From positions 873 through 64,872 of the forward strand of contig MWCI01000007.1 of the NCBI GenBank assembly GCA_002069965.1: 64,000 bases of DNA, given 5' to 3'. The DNA is from Spirochaetes bacterium ADurb.Bin218. GTDB taxonomy: Bacteria > Spirochaetota > UBA4802 > UBA5550. Below are positions 38,696 to 49,184 of the stretch, in pieces. Made by a program: the position numbers and the translations under genes. The notes below the pieces were generated by a model. That model ran no database searches. It had not been told where the DNA came from and saw nothing but the letters and a program-made list of their open reading frames with translations. The stretch's first letter is position 1, and each line of letters opens with the position of its first letter.

Positions 38696-39369
38696 TTTGT
38701 ATCTTTCTTTGAGGTTATAACAAAAAAGCCATATTGAGCAAATAAATTTGGCATGATTCTTACCTTACAAGATTTACTTTTATTTGTGTGTGGGTCACCA
38801 CACACAATTTTTTTTATAAAATTGAAAATTTTATTTTTGCCTTCACCGACCAAAGAAAAATGCTGCTGCTGCAAAATCTTAAAAGAAAACTCCTTTTCCA
38901 TCCTTTTCATATCCTTTATTGTAAGAAGATGTATGTTTGGAGAATTATACCATTCATAAGGGAGCAACTTGCTCACAGGCATTCTTCCTTTAAATAAAAG
39001 AAAGAGCCTTATCCTGTAATAGCCAAAATTAGGAAAGCTCACTATAACCTTTTTACCTATGCGAAGAACTTCCTTTAATACAAGATCCGGCCTCTTGGTA
39101 TTTTGAATTGTCTGATTGAGAATTACATAATCAAAGGAATTATCTCTGTAATCAGATAGACCCTCATCAATGTCTGCCTGATAGGAATAAACACCTTTTT
39201 CAAGGCATCTGCTAACTCCCTCCTCAGAGATCTCCACTCCACATCCATTGACGCCTTTGTTCTCCTGCAGCAAAAACAAAAGGGTTCCGTCACCACATCC
39301 CAGGTCAAGGACTCGAGAACGCTCCGGGATTTCCTCAACAACAAGATCATAGCCTATATACTCTTCCAT
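38689..39369 (-). CDS. metW: Methionine biosynthesis protein MetW
   Basis: RVLDLGCGDGTLL, FDYVILNQTIQ, VSFPNFGYYRIR and WYNSPNIHLLT are present. Confidence 0.85.
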   Translation of the reverse strand: MEEYIGYDLVVEEIPERSRVLDLGCGDGTLLFLLQENKGVNGCGVEISEEGVSRCLEKGVYSYQADIDEGLSDYRDNSFDYVILNQTIQNTKRPDLVLKEVLRIGKKVIVSFPNFGYYRIRLFLLFKGRMPVSKLLPYEWYNSPNIHLLTIKDMKRMEKEFSFKILQQQHFSLVGEGKNKIFNFIKKIVCGDPHTNKSKSCKVRIMPNLFAQYGFFVITSKKDTNQ

Positions 39370-39372
39370 AAA

Positions 39373-40536
39373 TTAAAACTCACTTTTTTTAAATTCGCTT
39401 TTCAAAAAATTTTTGATATTCTTTTCAAGGATCTCATTGGGCAACAAAAAGGCATCGTGCCCATTGTCTGTCTCAATATCAATATAGTTTACATTCTTGC
39501 CATTGACTCTCAAGGCTCTAACTATCTCCTTTGAATTACTACTTGGATAAAGCCAGTCAGAGGTAAAACTAATGACAAGATAATTAGCACTTACATTTTC
39601 AAAGGCTGCTGTTAAGCTACCGCCAAAATCCTCTTTAAGGTCAAAGTGATCTATAGCTCTTGTAATATAGATATAGGAATTCGCATCAAACCTCTCTACA
39701 AATTTTATACCTTGATACTTTAGATAGGACTCAACCATAAATTCAGAGCTTACACCTGCTTTTCCCTGATGAGAATCCTGAAACTTTCTTCCGAACTTCT
39801 CGTGCATGTGTTTTTCTGACATATATGTAATGTGGCCGATCATCCTTGCAAGGGATAATCCAGCCTTTGGTATTCTTGAGTTATAGTAATTGCCATTATT
39901 CCAGTGAGGATCGTTGAAAATAGCCTGTCTGCCAACCTCATTAAAGGCAATACCCTGAGCAGAAAGAGAGGCGGATGTTGCTATGGCTATACAGGATTCC
40001 ACCATATCAGGATAAGATATAGTCCATTGCAAAGCCTGCATCCCGCCCATAGAACCACCTGCCACTGCAAGAAGCTTTTTTATGCCAAGGTGATCAATGA
40101 GTTTTTTCTGAGCATTAACCATATCTGCAATTGTAACCATGGGAAAATCCATTCCATAGGCTCTTCCTGTCTCTGGATTTATTGAAGCAGGGCCTGTGGA
40201 ACCTGAACAGCCACCAAGAACATTGGAGCATATAACAAAATATTTCTCAGTATCAAAGGCTTTTCCAGGACCTATATAGAGATCCCACCATCCTGTATTT
40301 TTATCCTTTTCTGAGTAAAAACCCGCAGCATGAGCGCTGCCAGAAAGAGCATGTAGTATCAATATGGCATTGCTCCTATTTTCATTTAAGACCCCATAGG
40401 TCTCATAAGCTAAAGTAACAGGTCCTATTTGACTTCCATTGGATAAAATAAAATAATCAGGAGGATAAGAGAAAGTAAAATACTCTGTTTTAACAACACC
40501 TACTGTTCCCTTTTTTGCGCTTTCCTTTTTTGTCAT
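39373..40536 (-). CDS. metX: Homoserine O-acetyltransferase MetX
   Basis: [10 protein letters not shown] and the nucleophile elbow [12 protein letters not shown] are present, with an alpha/beta fold and C-terminal GHDAFL. Confidence 0.9.
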   Translation of the reverse strand: MTKKESAKKGTVGVVKTEYFTFSYPPDYFILSNGSQIGPVTLAYETYGVLNENRSNAILILHALSGSAHAAGFYSEKDKNTGWWDLYIGPGKAFDTEKYFVICSNVLGGCSGSTGPASINPETGRAYGMDFPMVTIADMVNAQKKLIDHLGIKKLLAVAGGSMGGMQALQWTISYPDMVESCIAIATSASLSAQGIAFNEVGRQAIFNDPHWNNGNYYNSRIPKAGLSLARMIGHITYMSEKHMHEKFGRKFQDSHQGKAGVSSEFMVESYLKYQGIKFVERFDANSYIYITRAIDHFDLKEDFGGSLTAAFENVSANYLVISFTSDWLYPSSNSKEIVRALRVNGKNVNYIDIETDNGHDAFLLPNEILEKNIKNFLKSEFKKSEF

Positions 40537-40558
40537 AAAACCGCCCTTATTTTAATAA

Positions 40559-40705
40559 GACAGCGGCTCTTAAAAAAGTTAAAGCTGCTGTCTCATCTCT
40601 CGTATTATTAAGCAATAATACGCTGGAATTAGCACCTGCCCTTATTAAAGGGTGGTTGCCGCAGTTTCCCAGGGCCAGTCCCTCCACTGCTCTTGATAAG
40701 ACATT
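40559..40705 (-). promoter_or_regulatory. SAM-I (S-box) riboswitch with expression-platform hairpin, leader of metX-metW
   Basis: The minus strand reads TCTTATCAAGAGCAGTGGAGGGACTGGCCCTGGGAAACTGCGGCAACC...GGTGCTAATTCCAGCG...AGAGATGAGA (P1 is TCTTATC/GATGAGA). GACAGCAGC...GCCGCTGTC plus TTATT follows. Confidence 0.9.
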
Positions 40706-40760
40706 AAAAAACGCTAACGTGCTAAAACAGGTCTGTAAATGTGTCAATAAAAATTAATTA

Positions 40761-41345
40761 CTACTGGCCAAGAAGCTTTAAGGATTCTTTAATTATTTGC
40801 TCTATGGTAAGATTTTTTGAATTTTTCATTATCTCATTTACAGAGGCTCTTGCCTTTGCTTCATCAAATCCAAGAGAAACCAGGGCCTCTAAGGCATCAT
40901 TTTTTTCATCAGGAGTTGGATTCCCATCCATGGGAATCATCTCAAGCTTTGGAAGAAGCCTTTTAAGCTCAAATAGAAGCTTTTCCCCTTTTGCTTTGCC
41001 TATACCAGGAATTTTTGTAAAGGCAATAAGATTGCTATTTTTCACCGAGGCCATTAAATCCTCAGGAGACATGCCAGATAAGATTGCAATAGCCATGGAA
41101 GGACCTATGCCGCTGATTGAAATAAGAATCTTAAAGAGATCCCTTTCTGTTTCACTATAAAATCCAAAAAGTCTAAACTGATCCTCCTTATGCAATGTCC
41201 AGACAAAAAGAGTTACTTCTTTGTCTTCATGTATCTTTTGATATGTTGAAAAAGGTATTGTCAGTTCAAAACCTATATCATGGACATCTAAGATAAGTTC
41301 TGTTGGCTTAATATGAATTATCTTGCCCTTGAGTCTTGCTATCAT
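40761..41345 (-). CDS. ruvA: Holliday junction branch-migration complex subunit RuvA
   Basis: The N-terminus MIARLKGKI matches RuvA. The two HhH motifs are ISGIGPSMAIAILS and IPGIGKAKGEKLL. No ruvB gene is adjacent. Confidence 0.9.
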   Translation of the reverse strand: MIARLKGKIIHIKPTELILDVHDIGFELTIPFSTYQKIHEDKEVTLFVWTLHKEDQFRLFGFYSETERDLFKILISISGIGPSMAIAILSGMSPEDLMASVKNSNLIAFTKIPGIGKAKGEKLLFELKRLLPKLEMIPMDGNPTPDEKNDALEALVSLGFDEAKARASVNEIMKNSKNLTIEQIIKESLKLLGQ

Positions 41346-41376
41346 AGGATTCCCTTTGAAATTATGAGCAAAAATT

Positions 41377-42492
41377 TTAGAGGTTCTTCATAATAAATTG
41401 CTCAATATATAGCTTCTCAGAAAGCTTGAGAGTTGAAGTCTTAAGTCTCATCATTTCACTGTCAAAGGCCTTTATATCAGAAATATCCACCATTTTTTTA
41501 TCAACAGAATTATTAACACTGTATTGCTTTATTAAGTTATTCAATGATTCAACTCCCTTTTTGCTAACAAGGAGTATTTCCTCTGTATTCAAGTCTATAG
41601 AACTCCTCACAAGGGCAATGTCAGATTTCTTCATTTCACGCTCTGAGTAATTCCTGCCAAAAAGCCTATAAAAATAAATAACTGCATCCTTCTTTGCAAT
41701 AAAATGGTAAGACCCAGAAAACAGTGCAATAATAAAGATAATAAGGAAGGAAAGTAAAAGCCCAAGTAAAGTATCAATAACAGTTACAACCATAAAACTT
41801 GCATCAATAGCTGGCAAAAGAGAAAAGTGTATTATATGAAAAAATCCATAGTATATACAAAACAAAAAGGCGATCTGAATAGGGTTATATCTAACCTTCC
41901 AGCTTATCTCTGCAAAATCCCTCCTCTCCATTGTTTTTATAGAGGAGTTATCAGGTATTACTATGCTATAGGGATTATAGGCATGACGCTTTTCTATAAG
42001 GTGAGAAGGTATCTCTGTGTTTAAGGTAACCTTCAAAGACATTGCCTTTTCAAATCTTTTGGCAAAATTAAGAGCCTTTTCTTCATCATAAAAACGTGAC
42101 ACAAGCATAAGAGAATTATATCTGTTTCTAAGCATTATCTCGTATTCAGGCTTATCCCTGTTTATTAAATACTGAATTATTATCTCACTGAAATATTTAA
42201 AGGGAATTTTCAAAGGAGATATATCCCACCCAGTAGATTCCACAAGGCTTAAGTAACCTGGCTCTTCATTAATCAGGATCTTATAGTAGCTTGAATTAAA
42301 TAGAAGAAATAATCCTGAAAACAAACAAACAATACCAAGACCTATAAGAAGATGATCTATGTGACGCACAATGCTTATAAAATAAACACCACAGGCAAGC
42401 ATTACTGCACCTGCTGAGGCTAACAAAAAAGGAGCAAATATTGAGGTTTTAACATTTATTCCATTGTCAGAAAAACTTACAACTGATTTCAT
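41377..42492 (-). CDS. Membrane protein of unknown function
   Basis: Two pairs of hydrophobic helices are separated by soluble ~130-aa segments. I recognised no motif. Confidence 0.5.
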   Translation of the reverse strand: MKSVVSFSDNGINVKTSIFAPFLLASAGAVMLACGVYFISIVRHIDHLLIGLGIVCLFSGLFLLFNSSYYKILINEEPGYLSLVESTGWDISPLKIPFKYFSEIIIQYLINRDKPEYEIMLRNRYNSLMLVSRFYDEEKALNFAKRFEKAMSLKVTLNTEIPSHLIEKRHAYNPYSIVIPDNSSIKTMERRDFAEISWKVRYNPIQIAFLFCIYYGFFHIIHFSLLPAIDASFMVVTVIDTLLGLLLSFLIIFIIALFSGSYHFIAKKDAVIYFYRLFGRNYSEREMKKSDIALVRSSIDLNTEEILLVSKKGVESLNNLIKQYSVNNSVDKKMVDISDIKAFDSEMMRLKTSTLKLSEKLYIEQFIMKNL

Positions 42493-42618
42493 AGATTATT
42501 TCTCTTTATATTGGATTTTATTATAGCCACTGTTTTAATTATATAAGCAAAGTCTCATTTTCAACAATTTTTTTAAAATTTAAGTTGCTCTTTTCAATAA
42601 AATGCTTAAAATGTTTTT

Positions 42619-43077
42619 ATGAAACAGAGCAATTTCCCACTAAAAAAATTCTCGGATTTTCTTAGAGAAAATGAAATACTGCAAAGGCATGACCCTCTTT
42701 TTAGAAGTGCCTTTGGTTCCAGCAAAGAGGGAAACCTTTTAAGTTCATGGGAAATGTCCTTTCGCTCCATAGGATTTTTCTCAAGCCTTGGCGGAAGAAA
42801 TATCTTTGGAAAAGAAGAGGTTGTTTTTATAAATGTCCCTCCTACAGAAACAGGGATAAAACCCCTTGCTTCAGATTTACCCTATGGCTGGACTGGTAAG
42901 ATCAATGAATATATATCTGAGCTGGCGGTTTGCTGGGCCTTTGAATTGCTCTCAGATGACGAAACCATGAAATTTTTGAAAAAAAACAAACCTTTTGTTG
43001 ATTTCAGCTATCTGGACAGCAATGGACCTGGTGAAATTACTGTCCAGTTTAATGGCGATTTCTGGATTATAGTTTAA
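42619..43077 (+). CDS. Hypothetical protein
   Basis: An ORF with coding-like composition. I recognised no motif. Confidence 0.45.
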   Translation: MKQSNFPLKKFSDFLRENEILQRHDPLFRSAFGSSKEGNLLSSWEMSFRSIGFFSSLGGRNIFGKEEVVFINVPPTETGIKPLASDLPYGWTGKINEYISELAVCWAFELLSDDETMKFLKKNKPFVDFSYLDSNGPGEITVQFNGDFWIIV

Positions 43078-43538
43078 TTTTCCTCTTCTCTGTAATAGAG
43101 ATCTATGTCAAAGCCACCAAAGGATGATTTAAAGGAGATGTTTACATTATCATAAAGAGCCTTTACAGAAATAGCCTCCTCATTAAACAGTGGAGGAGAA
43201 AGCACAAGATCATGCTTAGAATATTGCATTAGATTGGCAAAGGTTCCTGTTATCATATTGGCTATTTCACCTGCAACATCTGTAGATACACTCTTGCTTA
43301 TCTTTGCCTTCGAATCCCCTATAAAATAGCGGGATATTTCTGTAAGAGTCTTTTCTGGCATATTGATAACAAGCTCCCCCTTTAATGTGCCATTTATTTC
43401 AATTGAAATTTGGGGATCCCTTGGAGATGCCTGAGACTCATAGACCTCAGAAATCGAGTGATCATTAAGAAATTTCTTAAATATATGATTCACAGATTTT
43501 GTAAGAATCTTTGAATATGCATCATAATTATCGCTCAT
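43074..43538 (-). CDS. cheX: CheX-like chemotaxis phosphatase (tentative)
   Basis: Its size and the GEIANMITGTFANLM segment resemble CheX/CheC-class proteins. I moved the start to ATG 43538 after GAGG. A TTGACC-17-TATATA promoter lies at 43607-43579 on the minus strand. Confidence 0.55.
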   Translation of the reverse strand: MSDNYDAYSKILTKSVNHIFKKFLNDHSISEVYESQASPRDPQISIEINGTLKGELVINMPEKTLTEISRYFIGDSKAKISKSVSTDVAGEIANMITGTFANLMQYSKHDLVLSPPLFNEEAISVKALYDNVNISFKSSFGGFDIDLYYREEEN

Positions 43539-43767
43539 AAAAAACCTCAATATCTATAAGCTGTCAGATATTATGTCATATATAAGTCATTTCATAATAA
43601 TGGTCAATTAAAAATTTCTCAAAAAAAATCTAATTCTGGAGTTTCTAATCTCATCTTTAAAAGCTTCACTTTTCTTCTTTTGAAAATATTTATCTTTTTT
43701 GTTCCTTTGAGGTAAAGAATAAATAGCTTCTTTTTTTATCTTTTCCCTTTGCCTTTATACATAAAAT

Positions 43768-44235
43768 TTACTTATTCAATATATAGAGATAAAAATTCAA
43801 TAGTGCAGCAAAACTCACCCATAATATGTAGGGGACAAGCAAAATACCCGCAGGCTTTGACACTCTATAAAAAACAATTATATTCACCAATATGGCTAAC
43901 CATAAAACGATTATATCTATAAGAGCCCAAAAAGGGCTTCTTAGACCAAAGAAAAATAAAGACCAAATCAAATTAGCAAAAAGTTGAGTAAAAAAAATAT
44001 TAAGTAAAAGGACCTTCTTACCACCAAAATTATTCTTCCATATAATGTAAAATGACAAGCCAATCAATATAAACAACAAGGTCCACACTGGAGAAAAGAC
44101 CCAATTTGGCGGATTAAAATCAGGCTTTTTTAAAGTTTTGTACCATGTATCAACAGAACTTGAGGTAAAAAAAGATCCAATGAATCCTATAAATAAAGGG
44201 ATTGCAATTGAAATTACAAGTTTTATATAATTCAT
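43768..44235 (-). CDS. tspO: TspO/MBR tryptophan-rich sensory protein
   Basis: Five TM helices, with WYKTLKKPDFNPPNWVFSPVWTLLF and a Trp-rich pattern. Confidence 0.85.
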   Translation of the reverse strand: MNYIKLVISIAIPLFIGFIGSFFTSSSVDTWYKTLKKPDFNPPNWVFSPVWTLLFILIGLSFYIIWKNNFGGKKVLLLNIFFTQLFANLIWSLFFFGLRSPFWALIDIIVLWLAILVNIIVFYRVSKPAGILLVPYILWVSFAALLNFYLYILNK

Positions 44236-44500
44236 ATTGGAACTCCTGAATTTTTTATGTTTCTTCTATATTATTCTTCAAGAAATTATATATAACTTAC
44301 AGTAAATAAATAATTAAAGGAATATAGCAGAACTGAATTAAATTACAACATACTTTAACGTTAACCCTATAACTTTTCAAACTTTCTAAGACTTTAATAA
44401 AAAAAATATTTACAACCTATCATTATTTTTTAATAGTGCATGTTTATTTTTGAAAAAAGTAAGCATAATAATTAATTTTTTCTACAAAAAGCGAGGTATT

Positions 44501-45733
44501 ATGGCAAAAATCAAAGCCTTCAGGGCCTTAAGACCAAAAGTGGAATTGGCTTCACAAATTGCAGAACTACCCTATGATGTTGTATCCCTTGATGAGGTAA
44601 AGGCGATCACAAAGGACAATATCTATAATTTTTATCATATAACCCGTTCAGAAGCTGACCTGCCAGAGGGAACAGATCCTTATAGCCAGGAGGTATATAT
44701 AAAAGCAAAAGATACTCTCGATGACTTTATAAAAAAAGGATATTTGATTCAGGAAGAAAGCCCAAAGCTATACCTATACTCTCAGATAATGGATGGACGG
44801 ATGCAAACAGGTATTGTGGCATGTGCAAGTATTGATGACTATATGAATGGCATTATAAAAAAGCATGAGCTCACACGGGAGGATAAAGAATTAGACAGAA
44901 CTCGACATACTGATATTGTAAATGCAAATACAGGTCCTGTTTTTCTTTTTTACAAAGACACAGATGAAGGCCGCAAAAATCTCATAAAAAAAGCAATTGC
45001 GACACCCCCAATATATGACTTTACAGCTACAGATGGCATAAGGCATATTGTAAGAATAATTGACGATGAAACTATTTCAAAAGAACTAATTGCCTCCTTT
45101 GAAAAGGAAGAGCTTTATATTGCAGATGGTCATCACAGAGCAGCCTCTGGTGTGAGAGTTGGGAAAATGAGGAGAGAAAAATTAGAAAAATACACAGGGG
45201 ATGAAGAATTTAACTACTTTCTTTCTGTAATATTTCCTCACTCTGAACTTAAAATTCTCTCTTATAACAGAGTAGTAAAGGATCTTAACTCAATGTCAGT
45301 TGAAGATTTTAAAAAAGCCCTCGGGAAAAACTTTAAACTGACCAGAGATAATAAAAAAATCCCAGAAAGAGTAAACACCTTCTCAATGTATCTGCAAAGG
45401 GAGTGGTATACCCTCACCCCTCTCTTTGAAATATCCGATGACCCAATTGAATCCCTTGATGTAACTATAATTCAAAAATATATCCTTGAGCCTCTACTTG
45501 GCATAAAGGATCCTAGGAAGGATAAGCGAATAGATTTTATAGGAGGCATAAGAGGAACAGCTGAGCTGGAAAGGGTTGTTGATGCCGGTGATTTTGCAGT
45601 GGCTTTTTCAATGTATCCAACAGAGATTGAACAGCTAATTAAAGTCTCTGACGCTGGTTTAATTATGCCACCAAAATCTACATGGTTTGAGCCTAAACTC
45701 AGAGATGGGCTTCTTATACACCTGCTTGATTAA
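44501..45733 (+). CDS. DUF1015 family protein
   Basis: MAKIKAFRALRPK....ELPYDVVS is the typical DUF1015 N-terminus, and YIADGHHR is present. I moved the start to ATG 44501 after GCGAGG. Confidence 0.8.
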   Translation: MAKIKAFRALRPKVELASQIAELPYDVVSLDEVKAITKDNIYNFYHITRSEADLPEGTDPYSQEVYIKAKDTLDDFIKKGYLIQEESPKLYLYSQIMDGRMQTGIVACASIDDYMNGIIKKHELTREDKELDRTRHTDIVNANTGPVFLFYKDTDEGRKNLIKKAIATPPIYDFTATDGIRHIVRIIDDETISKELIASFEKEELYIADGHHRAASGVRVGKMRREKLEKYTGDEEFNYFLSVIFPHSELKILSYNRVVKDLNSMSVEDFKKALGKNFKLTRDNKKIPERVNTFSMYLQREWYTLTPLFEISDDPIESLDVTIIQKYILEPLLGIKDPRKDKRIDFIGGIRGTAELERVVDAGDFAVAFSMYPTEIEQLIKVSDAGLIMPPKSTWFEPKLRDGLLIHLLD

Positions 45734-46671
45734 AAAGTATAGATCTCAATTGCATTGCTACCCTTTTCACAGGCAGAGGTTGTAGCAAACTCAGACCTTC
45801 TTATAAATGACTCAAGTATGAGTTCATTTATAAGTTGAGTCTCTGCATCGCCACCCTTTACCATATCTGATGGATCAAGCTCTGATATGCCTATGGTTAA
45901 ACAGGGCTCAATATATTTATCCTTATACTTAAACTTCTTTTCCTGGATTTTTTTTATAATTCTCTCAGCAACCTTTTTTGCATCCTCACTTCTGGCGTGG
46001 GGTAGATATATAAGGAATCTACTAAACTCAAAACGCCCAATCTTATCATAGGGCCTTATGGACTTCTTAAGCCTTGAGGCAAGCTCAGCCAAAAAGGCAT
46101 CAAAAACTTTAAGTCCAAAGTCTCTTTGGATCTCATCATAGTTGATAAGATTAATCATTATAGCGGAGGCAAACTCATTTTGCCTTGAGGCTCTTCCCAT
46201 CTCACTTTGAATTTCATCTATGAGAGCTCTCCTGTTGAGCAAAGAGGTAACAGGATCTTCCTTCGCAAATTTTAAAAGCTTTTTCTTTGTTTTAATAAAT
46301 GATCTATTAAGTTCAATCACTCTCCTTGCAACTGTTATCTTGGCAAGGACCTCTTCCCGTGAAAATGGAATAAGGAGAAAATCATCTGCTCCAGAGCGAA
46401 CTCCCTCAAGAAGTCCTTTCATGGAATCCTTTGTGCCTATTACAATTAAATATATGTAACCAGATTTAATTTTAATTTTTTTTATGTCAGAGCATACAGC
46501 GGGATTTAAACCCTCTGACCAATTTAATATAATTACCTCAGGGGAATGCTCTTTGATACTTTCTTCAATGGAATCAATATTGCTGGAAATTAAATCAAAA
46601 CCAGAGGAAAGACCCAACTCCTCTATGGCTTTGGTTAATGTTCTGGTCTGATTGACAAGAAGAGCTTTCAT
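45730..46671 (-). CDS. Pseudo-receiver plus degenerate GGDEF-domain protein
   Basis: The receiver fold lacks the acidic pocket (LLVNQ, IILNW, IPF). The GGDEF domain begins LTSLLNRR, and its active-site region reads RPYDKIGRFEFSRF. Confidence 0.75.
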   Translation of the reverse strand: MKALLVNQTRTLTKAIEELGLSSGFDLISSNIDSIEESIKEHSPEVIILNWSEGLNPAVCSDIKKIKIKSGYIYLIVIGTKDSMKGLLEGVRSGADDFLLIPFSREEVLAKITVARRVIELNRSFIKTKKKLLKFAKEDPVTSLLNRRALIDEIQSEMGRASRQNEFASAIMINLINYDEIQRDFGLKVFDAFLAELASRLKKSIRPYDKIGRFEFSRFLIYLPHARSEDAKKVAERIIKKIQEKKFKYKDKYIEPCLTIGISELDPSDMVKGGDAETQLINELILESFIRRSEFATTSACEKGSNAIEIYTF

Positions 46672-46767
46672 ATCCCCCCTCCTCTTTAAATTTTCTCTTA
46701 AATTATCTCAAGGGAATCTATTTGTCAATAAATTTAACTTATTAAAAATATCCCCTAAAATAAAACT

Positions 46768-49182
46768 TCATTCTATTTCTATGATATATGGTGTTATATA
46801 AAGAACCTTCTCATCAGGGATATTGTATCTTTGAATTATTTTTAAAAGTGGCTTTATATCAGACCAAACACTCTCTTCACTTTTCTTTATAATTCTTTGC
46901 AGATAGCTTCCTCTTTCAGGTAAATGCCTAACCTGGTAGGAACTTTCTATACCACTTAAGTTCCTTACATATTCTATTGCCGCAAGCAGCCCCTTATTCT
47001 CATCAACGAGTTTATTTTCCCTTGCAGCTTTCCCGGAATGAATTTTACCTTCTGCAACAGAGCTTATATCTTCCTTAGAAATTCCTCGTGCCTCAATTAC
47101 CCTTTCTGTAAACCTATCGTATATAAAATCAATATTCTTTTGAAATAGCTCTTTTTCCTTCGGAGTCAAATCCCTGGACTCAGAAAATATATCAGCAAAG
47201 TCACTCATCTTTATAGTCTCTGTAGAAATACCAAGCATTGAGTATAGCCTTGCAAGAGATACCTTACCCGCAACAACTCCTATTGACCCTGTAATTGTTC
47301 CTTTCTCTGCAAAGATCCTGTCCCCTGTGCAAGAGATATAATAGCCGCCGGAAGCTGCCATATTACCAAAGGAAAATACAACTGGCTTTGGAAATCTTTT
47401 TTTCATAACCAATAAATAATTCCACATAAAATCAGATGCTGCAGCAGAACCTCCCCCTGAATCAATCCTTATAACAACGCCCTTGATGTTATCATCCATA
47501 AAAGCACGATTCAAAGACTCTCTGTAATCATAGTCCCCTGTTGTTGTAGAAAAAGAATTAGCCGCTCCCTCCCCGGAGACTATTGACCCTGTGACATGAA
47601 TTACTGCTATCTCAGGTATAGCTCCCCAGCTTCTTACTTTTTGATATTCTTCTATGTAATGCTCAAACTTAACAAAATCAACTGCCTCTACCATAGATTC
47701 TGTAACGCTATCTCTGTGCATGACCTCATCAACAAATCCCTTTGCCTTTGCTGTTGCTGGCTCATAAAAACCAGCAGCAAATAACTCTTTAACAGAATCC
47801 TCCGTAATCTTCCTTGACTCGACAATATCAGATACATACTGATTATTCAAATCTTCAAGCAATTCCTTCAAATTCTCCCTTGCTGCATCAGACATGTTTT
47901 CCCTTGTAAACTGCTCATTAAAAGACTTATACCTTCCCTTTGACACTGACTCATACTTTACTCCAGCCTTATCCATAAGCCCCTTAAAAAAGTAAGCCTG
48001 CATTTTAAGGCCTGTTATTGCAAATGTGCTGTTTGGAGTAAAATAGATCTTATCCGCTGCTGTTGCAAGATAGTATTCTTTATTGCCAGAGTAATTTAGC
48101 AAAGCAATGACTCTCTTTCCCCTCTTACGTAAAATTATAAGCTCTCGCCTGAGCTCCTGTATTTGAGCAAATCCAAAGGCAACTGAATCAATATCAATAA
48201 CCAGTCCATTGATGGACTCATCATTGGCAGCACATCTCAGTCCATCAATCAATGAATGAAAGTTCCTTTCCCTGATCATAATAAATTGTTGCTGAGGATT
48301 TTCTTCAGCAAAATTTCCATTGACCCTTAAATAGAGAAACTTTTCCCTATCATAAAACCTTATTGCATTATCATCCCTTGATAAAATAAAAGCAAATCCA
48401 CCTGAGGAAAATCCCTGTTCATCCCTATGATTCTTTCCTCCATTGGCATTGAGAGATAAAATAAGAGGTCTTTCCTTCCTGAAAGAAAAAGGAGAGCTCA
48501 GCCCAAAAGAAAAATTTTTGTCGCTATCATATTTTGCAGTAAAAGCAATCCCGCTATAAACAATAGCCTCAAAGCCAAAGGAATAGTAATTATCAAAATC
48601 TAAATCCTTGCTAAAGAAGGTAGCATCTGCAGTCCATGTTAAATTCTCTCCAAAAGGCCTAAGTGCAACAGAATAAGTCGCCGTTTCAAAATTTTTAACA
48701 ACTGCAGACTTATCTCTGTAATCCCTTAAGACCACCCCAAAAGATAAAAAAGAAAAAGGCCTTAGCAAAAAACCAACATGCCATATTCTATTACTGTCCA
48801 GAGCCTCATAAGTAGAAGAAGTGGTTGTGTATCCTATACCAATGCCAAAGGAGTTATTAAATAAAAATCCTCTATTTATGCTATAAAGAGAAACCTTTTC
48901 TCTAAGTACTCCATCATCTGATGATAGATTATAATTGCTATAGATAAAATCAAAATCAAGGATATTGACCAGAGCAAAGTGATCATAGTTTGAAGAGTTT
49001 TTTACAAAGGAATAGGCTAAAAATGGATAATTATATCCCTGAGTAAACACAGGATTTGCCAATGATGAAAAAGAGTCAGCTGAATAAGCAGAGGAAAGCA
49101 CCTGAGGAGGATTATAATACTTTGTATTTGAAGCAAAGGCAATATATGGAATTATTAAAAGCAAAAGCAAAAATTTTTTCAT
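46768..49182 (-). CDS. sppA: Signal peptide peptidase SppA (two S49 domains) with a ~280-aa N-terminal extension
   Basis: A signal peptide is present. The second S49 domain has DSGGGSAAAS and GNMAASGGYY, and the first has IDSVAFGFAQ. The N-terminal extension is aromatic- and Ser-rich with alternating strands. Confidence 0.85.
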   Translation of the reverse strand: MKKFLLLLLIIPYIAFASNTKYYNPPQVLSSAYSADSFSSLANPVFTQGYNYPFLAYSFVKNSSNYDHFALVNILDFDFIYSNYNLSSDDGVLREKVSLYSINRGFLFNNSFGIGIGYTTTSSTYEALDSNRIWHVGFLLRPFSFLSFGVVLRDYRDKSAVVKNFETATYSVALRPFGENLTWTADATFFSKDLDFDNYYSFGFEAIVYSGIAFTAKYDSDKNFSFGLSSPFSFRKERPLILSLNANGGKNHRDEQGFSSGGFAFILSRDDNAIRFYDREKFLYLRVNGNFAEENPQQQFIMIRERNFHSLIDGLRCAANDESINGLVIDIDSVAFGFAQIQELRRELIILRKRGKRVIALLNYSGNKEYYLATAADKIYFTPNSTFAITGLKMQAYFFKGLMDKAGVKYESVSKGRYKSFNEQFTRENMSDAARENLKELLEDLNNQYVSDIVESRKITEDSVKELFAAGFYEPATAKAKGFVDEVMHRDSVTESMVEAVDFVKFEHYIEEYQKVRSWGAIPEIAVIHVTGSIVSGEGAANSFSTTTGDYDYRESLNRAFMDDNIKGVVIRIDSGGGSAAASDFMWNYLLVMKKRFPKPVVFSFGNMAASGGYYISCTGDRIFAEKGTITGSIGVVAGKVSLARLYSMLGISTETIKMSDFADIFSESRDLTPKEKELFQKNIDFIYDRFTERVIEARGISKEDISSVAEGKIHSGKAARENKLVDENKGLLAAIEYVRNLSGIESSYQVRHLPERGSYLQRIIKKSEESVWSDIKPLLKIIQRYNIPDEKVLYITPYIIEIE

Positions 49183-49184
49183 AA

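Noticed and set aside
40547-41160. ORFs 40547-40747 (minus) and 40741-41160 (plus).
   Set aside because: The first lies entirely within the SAM-I riboswitch leader. The second is antisense to ruvA with a low-complexity translation.
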